NCBI RefSeq assembly: GCF_001194135.2
Contig: NC_069000.1
Location: forward strand, 28,287,369-28,351,368
DNA length: 64,000 nt
Origin: Octopus bimaculoides
Taxonomy: Eukaryota
Direction: 5' to 3'
Made by a program: the position numbers and the translations under genes. The first letter of the stretch is position 1; each line of letters starts with the position of its first letter. The notes beneath the pieces are model-generated. The model had not been told where the DNA came from and did not search any database. It saw only the letters and a list, made by a program, of their open reading frames with translations. Shown in pieces: positions 50,821 through 60,595 of the stretch.

Positions 50821-51633
50821 NNNNNNNNNNNNNNNNNNNNNNNNNNNNNNNNNNNNNNNNNNNNNNNNNNNNNNNNNNNNNNNNNNNNNNNNNNNNNNNN
50901 NNNNNNNNNNNNNNNNNNNNNNNNNNNNNNNNNNNNNNNNNNNNNNNNNNNNNNNNNNNNNNNNNNNNNNNNNNNNNNNNNNNNNNNNNNNNNNNNNNNN
51001 NNNNNNNNNNNNNNNNNNNNNNNNNNNNNNNNNNNNNNNNNNNNNNNNNNNNNNNNNNNNNNNNNNNNNNNNNNNNNNNNNNNNNNNNNNNNNNNNNNNN
51101 NNNNNNNNNNNNNNNNNNNNNNNNNNNNNNNNNNNNNNNNNNNNNNNNNNNNNNNNNNNNNNNNNNNNNNNNNNNNNNNNNNNNNNNNNNNNNNNNNNNN
51201 NNNNNNNNNNNNNNNNNNNNNNNNNNNNNNNNNNNNNNNNNNNNNNNNNNNNNNNNNNNNNNNNNNNNNNNNNNNNNNNNNNNNNNNNNNNNNNNNNNNN
51301 NNNNNNNNNNNNNNNNNNNNNNNNNNNNNNNNNNNNNNNNNNNNNNNNNNNNNNNNNNNNNNNNNNNNNNNNNNNNNNNNNNNNNNNNNNNNNNNNNNNN
51401 NNNNNNNNNNNNNNNNNNNNNNNNNNNNNNNNNNNNNNNNNNNNNNNNNNNNNNNNNNNNNNNNNNNNNNNNNNNNNNNNNNNNNNNNNNNNNNNNNNNN
51501 NNNNNNNNNNNNNNNNNNNNNNNNNNNNNNNNNNNNNNNNNNNNNNNNNNNNNNNNNNNNNNNNNNNNNNNNNNNNNNNNNNNNNNNNNNNNNNNNNNNN
51601 NNNNNNNNNNNNNNNNNNNNNNNNNNNNNNNNN
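50821..51633. other. Assembly gap (one of several N runs)
   Basis: N run; other long ones at 3494-3694, 4413-4940, 8135-8561, 43592-43735, 47643-48561 and 53394-53605. These create spurious long X-filled ORFs in the track. Confidence 0.99.
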
Positions 51634-51688
51634 GAGTGCCTTCCAAATTTCTTTTTTCCTGTAGGGTTTTGGATGGCATTGGATCCTC

Positions 51689-52252
51689 CTAGGGGTTTTC
51701 TGTTTTTTGTTTGGTGGATTGGGGTTTCGGTTTTGGTTGTTTCATTTTTGCATTTTCCTTTTCCTTCCTTTCCTTCTTTATGCTTGTGTTCCGTCCTTCC
51801 TTTTCTTGTGGTGGGAACTTTTTTCTCTGGTTGTCCAATGGGGTGAGGGCTCCTTTCCTTTGTAGGACCACTGGCACAGAGGGGCTTCTAGTTGCTGCTT
51901 CCTTGGCTTCACTATCCTTTTCTGCCTGGTCATTCACAGGGGTGGGTGATTCATTCTCTTGAGGAGCCACTGGATCAAAGAGACTTCCGGGTGTTTTTTC
52001 CTTTTCATATTCTCCATCCTTATCAGCCTTTCCACAATGGCTTTCGATTATGACATCCAGGGTGTCAATCTGTGGTCTGATGAGCGTATAGGATCGGAGG
52101 AATTCATTCTTCTTCTGCTCTGTCTGATTAGTGGTTCTGTGAAAGCCATTGTTTTTCAGTGCAGCAGTGATGTTGTTTGGCGGATCGCCACTAGCAATCG
52201 TCCATGCTCGCAACAAAAGATTTAATTCTTTCTTCTCCCACTTTGGTGCCAT
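51689..52252 (-). CDS. LINE ORF1 5' part with a Myb/SANT(trihelix)-like N-terminus
   Basis: ATG follows the CT-rich 5' UTR; MAPKWEKKELNLLLRAW...ITAALKNNGFHRTTNQTEQKKNEFLRSY, followed by a low-complexity charged region. Confidence 0.6.
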   Translation of the reverse strand: MAPKWEKKELNLLLRAWTIASGDPPNNITAALKNNGFHRTTNQTEQKKNEFLRSYTLIRPQIDTLDVIIESHCGKADKDGEYEKEKTPGSLFDPVAPQENESPTPVNDQAEKDSEAKEAATRSPSVPVVLQRKGALTPLDNQRKKFPPQEKEGRNTSIKKERKEKENAKMKQPKPKPQSTKQKTENP

Positions 52253-53695
52253 CTTCGTTTTTTAAGCCCAGAAGGGGAGTAGAGGATAGAGAGGAAGTGA
52301 AAGATAGCGGGAGGTAGAAAAGAAGAAACACAGAAGGGGGAATAGGGAAAGAGAGAGGGAGATATGAAGGAAAGAGAGAGGGAGATATGAAGGAAATAGA
52401 GAGAGTGATATTAGGAAGAGAAGGGGGGTGATATGAGGAAGAGAGGAGTGATGTGAGGAAGAGTGGGGGTGATATGAGGAAGAGAGGGAGTATGGGGTGT
52501 TAGAGAGATAGAGGAAGGGGAGAGAAAGAGAGACAGAGTGAGAAGAGGAGGGGAAGAGAGTGACAGTGAAGGAAAGGAGGAGAAGAGAAAGAGAGACAGA
52601 GGAAAGGAGAGGATGAGAAGATAAAAAGAGACAGACTGAGGGGGAGACCGGAAAGGATGAAGGATGTGAGAGAAAGGGAGAAACGGAGTGAGAAGAGGGG
52701 GAAAATGAGAAGTATATGAGGGAGAGGGTGAGGTGACATGAGGAGAGGAAGATGTTGTGAGATGGAAAGGAAAGGAAAGAGAACTGAAAAAAGAGGAAGG
52801 TATGAAAGTGAAGGAGAGAAATGAGAAAAAGAGTAAGATATGGAAGAGAGATACGTGTAAAGAGATAAAGGGAGAGGGAGAGGAAGCGGTAGTTATGAAA
52901 GAGAGAGTGGGAACAGGTAACAGAGATGTGTAGGAAAACGAAAAATGAAAATTTGTAATTCTAAATGAGATTTGTAATTCAAATAATTGTAAAGAGATAA
53001 AGTGAAAAAAAGAAACAATAGTGAAAAGAAAGTGGTTTCGTAATGGTTTCTATTTTTCAAAGAGAATCAAAGCTAAGTGGTCGCTGTAATAAAAGTTGAA
53101 TGAAAATTATAGTGAGAATTCTCAGAAAGTAAACAAAGATTAAGTCATAACTCAAATGTTACTTAAGTTAAAAGAAAATAAACAAATGAAAAGGATACTT
53201 ATTCATAAGAGGTAAAATTCCAAATCCTTGTTCTTCTACGAAGAAGTTTTCTTTCAAAAACAATTCTTTTTTTGTTTCTTACATTCGACTGCAAATAAAA
53301 CTACGACTTGTAACCACGCAGTTATTGATGATACCTCTAGCTTGTGTCACCGACTTTAATGTTCTATATTAAACTTTTAGTGTAATATATTACNNNNNNN
53401 NNNNNNNNNNNNNNNNNNNNNNNNNNNNNNNNNNNNNNNNNNNNNNNNNNNNNNNNNNNNNNNNNNNNNNNNNNNNNNNNNNNNNNNNNNNNNNNNNNNN
53501 NNNNNNNNNNNNNNNNNNNNNNNNNNNNNNNNNNNNNNNNNNNNNNNNNNNNNNNNNNNNNNNNNNNNNNNNNNNNNNNNNNNNNNNNNNNNNNNNNNNN
53601 NNNNNAAAAGACAACAAAAGAAAGAAAGAGACCTCGATATTATGTAAATAGAGGAATTTATCTGTAAAAATATGTGACAATTATTTGGTAGCCAT

Positions 53696-53756
53696 GTTAA
53701 AACTCCGAGTTTCGGATGCCAAAGCAGAAACCCATGCCGCCATCTCTTCAGTTATC
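53696..53756 (-). ncRNA. Hammerhead motif, inverted partner of 54074-54134
   Basis: Minus strand GATAA-CTGAAGA-GATG..CATCC-GAAA-CTCGGAG-TT-TTAAC. Confidence 0.7.
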
Positions 53757-54073
53757 TGGCCATTGAAAATTCCTATGAAAATGACCGTTAAACAAAGGGA
53801 AATTACCAATTACAAATATATATATATGCGTGCGTATGTGTATATATTTGGCGAATGTGTGGGTGAGCATGTGTGTGTTTCAAGCGAGGGTGGATGAGTA
53901 TATACATATAGGCGCATGTACGGATTGGTGCGCTTACGTGAATACTATGGACTTTTTTACTCCCTCCCCTTACTTAGCGGTCATTCTAATAGCTCTTTTA
54001 TCTTAATAACGGTCAACCACGCAGTAATTTCACTTTGTTTAATGATCATTTTCAAAGGAATTTTCAATGCCCA

Positions 54074-54134
54074 GATAACTGAAGAGATGGCGGCATGGGT
54101 TTCCGCCCCGGCATCCGAAACTTGGAGTTTTATC
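54074..54134 (+). ncRNA. Hammerhead motif, same family as 45517-45578
   Basis: GATAA-CTGAAGA(54079-54085)-GATG..CATCC-GAAA(54117-54120)-CTTGGAG-TT-TTATC. Confidence 0.7.
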
Positions 54135-54168
54135 ATGGCTACCGAATAATTGTCAAATATTTTTACAG

Positions 54169-54217
<49 letters not shown>

Positions 54218-54218
<1 letters not shown>

Positions 54219-54450
54219 TAGCAGTATAGCCCGGCACTGCCCGGGATTAAGCTAGGATTATTAAGTGTTCAAGTGCTTTATTTCAAACCAAAATAAGTAA
54301 CATTAACATCAGATTTGAGCGAAATCCGTTGAAATTGGTTTGGCTGAAAATGGTTTGCTGGCAATTTGATTGGGAAATCCCATAAGGAATCAGTTTATTG
54401 GTTATTTCCACTCATTGACTGTTTTTTTTTTTTAAAGTTGCATTAGAGAT
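54218..54450 (+). mobile_element. Possible non-autonomous Helitron-like element
   Basis: Starts ACTAGCAGTATAGCCCGGCACTGCCCGGG right after a (TA)n tract, resembling the ACTAG..GCCCG..GCCCG starts of short Helitron-type repeats; 3' end not defined. Confidence 0.4.
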
Positions 54451-56330
54451 TTGCATACTATTACTCGCTATTACCCAATGATCAACTCACATAAGGTTAG
54501 ATTTGGGTTTTCTAATACTAAAAATTTGTTACAGATTATTTCTTCCCATAATTTCAGGTTTTTAGATTCATATCTAGACAGCCATCCCAGTTATGATGAT
54601 AATAATAGTAATGTTCATATCAATAACAATAATAATTACTCCAATAATTTAACACACACATATGATGGCAATAGTCATTTAGGTATTAATATTGGTAGTA
54701 TGTACAATATTAGCAAACATAACAATATCGGTAGCAATAATATGATTAGCATCTCAGAATTAAATCCTAATAGAATTAAGTTTTTAAGTGCGAATGCCAA
54801 GACCAAGAATGTGGTTTATCAATGCAAGGTAATGTCTCACGCTGATGTCTCGTTTTACGTAGATAGCTCATCGACGCAGGTCTCAAAGAGAATATCAAAC
54901 CATTCTTCATTTAGGGATAGGAATAAAGCTAACACCACCGGCCTAAGTAAATTTAGTTGGGAACTGAAAGATTGCAATAAGCAATTCTCTTTGGAATGGT
55001 CTATACTGGCTACTTCAGTTCCCTACGACAAAGGTAAGGATTTTTGTCCTCTTTGTAACTTGGGGCTTTTCCATATTCTGTTCTCCAAGAATCGCCGAGT
55101 TAACCAGATAACACAGAGAGCGTATCGATGTCAGCACTGGCAGAGACATACCTTCATTTATTATCATTAATTCCATTCTTCCAACTAGTTTAAGGTTTTA
55201 GGTATTATTTTTTTATCCCCCCTCCCCCTTTTTTTTACCAAATGTCCTCTGAATAATATCTTTTAATATAGTCTTAAATAATGTCTATTTCTGCATCCAT
55301 CTCCACTTGTCTTTTATTTTCCCCTTCTATAGTTGGTTAAGTAATTCCTTCCCAGTAATGCTACACGAGTTGTTCTTGTACCACTAGTAACTTTAACTAA
55401 ATATACCCGATCTTCTCCTCGTAAGCATGTATATTGTTGTTATTATTATTTCTCAACAAAATATCTTGTACCTTGTTCTACCACTGACTTGCGTTAACAT
55501 CCGTATATTAATATATTACAAGGCAATGATGTTTCATTTATCATGTTTACATTCTTTGCTTCAAATCAGTATGTTATTAATTTTAATATTTTTAATATAA
55601 TCTTAAACAATATCTATTACTGCCCCCATCGCCACTTGTCCTTTATTTTCCCCTTCTATATTTGGTTAAGTAAATTCTTCCTAGTAATGCCACATTGGTT
55701 GTGTTTGTACCATTAGTAACTTTAACTAAATATTCCCGATCTTCTTGTAAGCTTGTATATCATCATTATTATTATTTCTAAATATCCTGTACCTTGTTTT
55801 ACCATTAATTTGCGTTAATATCTGTATATTAATATAATATAATTACAAGGCTATGATGCTTTATTTATTTTTTTATATTTACATTCTTTGCCTTATATTA
55901 GTATGTTATTATTTATTTCCTTAAGGAGAAATTTTTTTATATATCATGAACTCTCTTGATTCTCTCCCTTCCTCCACATTTGAATTAGCTTATAGTTTAC
56001 GGCTTCAGTTTACTTTACTGTGACCCATTTTGCCCTCTTCCCCACCATTTTAATAATTTAATTTAAACCTTTAGTATAGCGTTTACAGAGCCCCCTCCCA
56101 TTATAACTCTATGTAAACCAGCGTTCTTACTTCTAACGGTCACTTACATGGCCATATAATATTATAACTCGTACGTAACCTTATCATTTCGCATTTGTCT
56201 TGCTTCTATATGTTGGTTCCCTGACGATCAATATATGTGGAATTCCAGCAGCTCTTATTTCTTAGGAGGAGAGCACACATATATTTTGAAACATGTGTAG
56301 GAATTAAAGGAACTTTTATTTATATGTGTT
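54451..56330 (+). mobile_element. Penelope-like 3' part: GIY-YIG ORF (54451-55170), duplicated 3' region, terminal hammerhead
   Basis: The 239-aa ORF is homologous to 46727-47515 (KVRFGFSNTK, VVYQCKV, KRISNH, CPLCNL, RCQH); about 330-bp tandem duplication at 55255-55915. Confidence 0.85.
56217..56303 (+). ncRNA. Hammerhead motif homologous to 44905-44996, stem II base decayed
   Basis: TTCC-CTGACGA-TCAATATATGTG..CACATATATTTT-GAAA-CATGTG-TA-GGAA. Confidence 0.7.
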
Positions 56331-56500
56331 TTGCTCCATTTATTGTTATTATTCATATCTACTCAAAATGCATCGCTTTAACTTGGTATCTCTACCTATA
56401 AAACAGGTGTGATATCCTGTTTTTTTTGTGTGATTTTTGCTACCCATGGTAACTATTAACATATTTACATTGTCAAGGTTTTTTTTAAACTGAGATAATA

Positions 56501-56548
<48 letters not shown>

Positions 56549-56549
<1 letters not shown>

Positions 56550-57310
56550 TAGGGTAATTCCAAAAGTAAGGACTCCAAAAATACTTAGAAACGACAGAAA
56601 TGCTTATTGTCTGCAGTGTTTATAGCATTTGAAATTTGAACATTTTCCATTTTTCTAGATAATCGCCATTTCAGTCGTTGCATTTTTGTTAGTGCTGGGG
56701 CAGTTTTTGTATGCTCATGTCATACCAGCTCACCATCATGTTGTTGAGGAAACGTTGAACCTCATCTTGCACCTCATTGTCGTTGCTGAAGCATGTTCTG
56801 GCCAAATGTTCTTTTAGCTTATGTAACTGGTGGTAGTCACTATGTGTGAAGTCTGGACTATAAGGTGGGTTGCAATCTATGGTCTTGTGTGAGGATTTGT
56901 GGGATCCATGTTGCGCACACCTTCTGGTATTGCAACTTTTCACTTAAAACCCTATGAACAGTGCTTTGGGAAACCTCTGGAACCAAAATACAGAGGTCAT
57001 CCAGACTGATCTACTGATTTTCACATGGAATTTGCTCAACCTTTGCGAATGTCTTGTTGGAAGTTGATGGTTGCCCACTTCTTTCTTCGTCATGAATTTC
57101 AGTATGACCAGTTGCAAACTCCCTACTCCACTTGTAGCCATTTTTTTATATCGATGCACAACTTGCCACACACCTCTGTTAATTGGCGAATTTCAATTGG
57201 TCTAATGGCTATTGCGTTCAAAAACTGAATAACTGCATGAACTTCAGACTTGGTGGTAGCGTCAATCGAGAGCTCCATCAGATAGGAAACCTTACTTTTG
57301 GTAATACCCT

Positions 57311-57312
<2 letters not shown>
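56549..57312 (-). mobile_element. Internally deleted mariner element with both TIRs
   Basis: TIRs AGGGTAATTCCAAAAGTAAGG / CCTTACTTTTGGTAATACCCT. The minus-strand transposase has W.REFATGHTEIHDEERSGQPS and PPYSPDFTHSDYHQLHKLKEHL (YSPDLAPSDY motif). Confidence 0.9.
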
Positions 57313-57348
<36 letters not shown>

Positions 57349-58445
57349 TGTATATAAAGAATATGAGTGGTTTAGCACACTAGTGATCTGAACGAATAGG
57401 TACACTGGGTAAGTGCTACAGTTCGCTGACCATTAGGTTTGAAGATCAGAACTAAGGCTGGATCTAGGGATCCGTGTTAGGGTTCCATGATAGCATATAT
57501 ATGTTATATTGACGGAAAAATAAAATTAAAGCAGAATGTGTATCTCAAGTCATTTAGAATAATTTATTTAGGTTAAGGTGAATTTGAAGTCTTTCAGCTG
57601 TTTCTAGGATTACCCAAGTGGTTGGTTAGCATATCCGTGCACTGGGTATTCTGCCATGAGGGACAAGGTATGAATATTTTAGACAGGGAAAATTTACAGT
57701 TTCTAAGGAAGAAAATAGAGGAATAAAGTGGTAAAATAGAAGAATAAAGAGTAAAAGTAGTTAGAAGAATATAGGAAGGAGAATAATGTTCACAACTCAT
57801 CTTTTTCAAGAGGATATATTGGTCGCTACTTCCATGAAGGTACGGGTTTTTAGCTAAAATCCCAGGTAAATCCAGGCAATATTTAGGCAGTGTACTGACT
57901 GATGTATTCATATCGTAAAGGTGTATATAGAGCGAGAATGTATGATGGACATAGATGGGTTTTGTGAGTGGTTGTATGAGAGAGAGAGATGACAGATATA
58001 TCCTAAATGGGCTTTGTGAGTGAGTGTGTATGAGAGAGTAGAAAGGGAACAAAAATTAAATAAGAGAGGTAATGGTAAAGAATAAGATGAAAGATAAATA
58101 AATAAAAATAAAGGTAACAATATATGTCAGTATTGTATGGGGGTTAGGGGTCAATTGTTTAAGTTTTAGTAGAAATGGGGTGGAAGGCCAATCTAGGTAA
58201 GGTTATAAGAACAGTAGTTTAGTACAGATATTTAAAATTGTATTCCAAGTTTCATCGACATTAAATAATATGAGGTAAAGGATTAAGAATTAAACCTAAA
58301 ATTGAAAATTTAAATTTAAAATCTAAACTTAAAATTACAAACTAAGAAAACTAAAGTAAAAAAGAACTATAAAAATCAAAAATGATTGAGTTGAAATTAG
58401 CTAGTTACTGAGATAGTTATGTTGATAGAGGAAAAAAAGGAGTGT

Positions 58446-58488
<43 letters not shown>

Positions 58489-58829
58489 CATACATACATA
58501 TACAGACATACATATGTACACACATATGTACATAAGCATACATATAAGGTACGCACCTATACACACAAACACATATATACATACGTACACACACACACAC
58601 ACATATATACATACATATATATACATACATACACACACACATATATACATACATATATACATATATATATATGTATATTTATTTTAATGACCGTGGATGG
58701 ATGTATTATACATGTTGATTTTGTGTGCATTTGGATCTATGGAAGAATTTAAAGGTGTGATAGAACCTATGACAACATGTAGAAAAAGCATAGTCCACAA
58801 GTGGATCACTGGCCTTGGTGTGGGACCCT

Positions 58830-59700
58830 GGAATCTATTATGGTACCTTTCTATTTATTAGATGGTGTATATGGTTGGCTAGGGAGGTAGATTTGCTATG
58901 CTCCTCATACTTAAATGAATTTATATGTGCAGAATATCCCTGTTTAAAATTAATAGTAGATCTGACATAGTAGTTAATAGAATTATGCGATATACTGTGG
59001 TCCGTGCATTTGTATACTATGTTAAATCTGCAGTGGGCTTGCAACAGGCATACGGTCACGGATTGGCAGTTGCATTTATCTGTCCTCTGAGTGTTATTAG
59101 TGGAAAGAGAAGATACAGTACTATTTATAGAGAAATTAGAATTAAGGGTATTCTTAGGGGATTGGCAAGTATCATAATTATTGTTGTTACTATTATTATC
59201 ATTAGTAGTAGTGATTTTATTATCACTATCAATAACCCTAGCAATAGTAGTGATTTAGTGGAAAATAATTGAAAAATCCACATTTTAAGTTAATGGATCA
59301 AATAAATGTAAGCTATGTTTAGCTGAAAGAGCTCAAATCCTTTTCAGATCTAACATCCCTAACTCACCACTAAACTCTAGGTCTGTAGTTTTCAGCATTG
59401 TAAACATATGTTTAAGTACATTTTGAAGAAATGGAAAATTCTGCCTATACCTTATTAACATATCTTTCTATCCTTATAATTTAAGGTCTAAGGAGGGTAA
59501 CTCTTTTACCTTTATTACTTTTTACCTTCCATTTTTTAACCTTTCATATTTCCTATATGCTTCTGTCTCAACTTTTTGCTTTTCTTCTCTCATTCAGTTT
59601 TTAGTTTATGTGGTTTGTGCCTGATGAATATGTTTGAGGTATTTCTCAACATATGAAACTATTAGTAGTACTTAAAAACATGTGTCTATTAAATGATATT
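58830..59700. mobile_element. Penelope-like GIY-YIG 3' end with an inverted 5' segment
   Basis: Minus 59250->58830 gives IVYKCT..YYVRST.NFKQGY..H..SFK..KSTSLANHIHHL. Plus 59255-59420 gives the continuation WKIIEK..KCKLCLAERAQIL..LNSRS..CKH, followed by a hammerhead. Confidence 0.75.
59617..59671 (+). ncRNA. Complete minimal type I hammerhead, GUA site
   Basis: GTGC-CTGATGA-ATATGTTTGAG-GTATTT-CTCAACATAT-GAAA-CTA T TAG-TA-GTAC; cleavage predicted after A59667. Confidence 0.85.
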
Positions 59701-60019
59701 TATCTCTCACCAGATGGAATACTTTTTTTGTTGATCTTAACATCACGGAACAGTATGTTGTACACACACACAATGTTCAGATTAAATTTGGTGATTTGTC
59801 ATGTCTCTTTTTTTTTTAGGAATAACAATATTTGACAACATAAAGAATTAAGTTGTAGTTAAGAAAACATTAGCTGACATAAAAGAGTGGAAACCATCTG
59901 AATATTGGAAAAGAGTTACCTATATTATGGTGATTTGCTCTGAATTTCAAAATTTTGATATCATGACTGTTCTGAGAACACTCTAAAAGGCTATAAGATG
60001 TGACTTTAGCATCATGAAA

Positions 60020-60595
60020 ACCAAGTTCCCTCAAACTGTGATGATCTTTGGGTATGTTTCCAGCCATGCTACCTCACACTTTTGAACAGGGCCTTAGGCT
60101 CAATTCAGACAGTTCTGTGAAACTGCTGGAGACTAGTCAATCCCTGGTTGGATAGGGTTGCTACAGGAAGGCCATATGTGTGGCAGCAAGATTTAGCTCT
60201 TTGCCAAGAGAATCGGAAGTGGTTGTCAGAGAACTTCTATGACTTCACCAACCCCCAATTTCTGTCCTCCTAATTCCCCTGCTTGTAATCCCATGGATTG
60301 CCATGTGTGGAGATGGTTGAGAAAGACACCAGCCACTCTGCCTGCAATACCAAGGCCAAGCTGGTGGCCAAAATCAAGGAGGTGTTCAAAGATATTCCTA
60401 GGGACACATTGAAGAATGTATGTGCCAAGTTCCAGAGCCACCTTGAGGCTGTGCTGGTAGCTGAAGGTGCCTACTTTGAGTAAACTGTTGTCTCCCAGCC
60501 ATAATTTAGTTGATACTTTTTGATTTTTTAAAATATTTTTTTTGATGTTTGCTTTTTTCTTTTGCGCAAACTGTCAAATTTAGCTCTAACACTCT
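60020..60595 (+). mobile_element. maT-like Tc1/mariner transposase 3' fragment
   Basis: TKFPQTVMIFG, QGLRLNS, GRPYVWQQD, PPNSP.CNPMD..VW, LVAKIKEVF..IPRDTLKNVCAKFQSHLEAVLVAEGAYFE*; related to 19725-20325. Confidence 0.85.

Larger units (their letters stand above)
47562..52900 (-). mobile_element. Near full-length CR1-like LINE (pyrimidine-rich 5' UTR, ORF1, APE, RT), decayed and gapped
   Basis: APE: MGDFNFPNVKW, PTRVNNILDLCF, DHNII. RT: YLDFAKAFDKVDHG, SGVPQSTVLGPLLF, YADDTK. C-terminus: LDYCSQLWSP..YWERLKQLRLYSLERRRERY. Stops and frameshifts separate the ORF pieces. Confidence 0.9.

Noticed and set aside
52260-52900. GA-rich tract with opposite-strand Leu/Ser/Phe ORFs
   Set aside because: Low-complexity 5' UTR or flank of the CR1-like LINE, not a membrane-protein gene.
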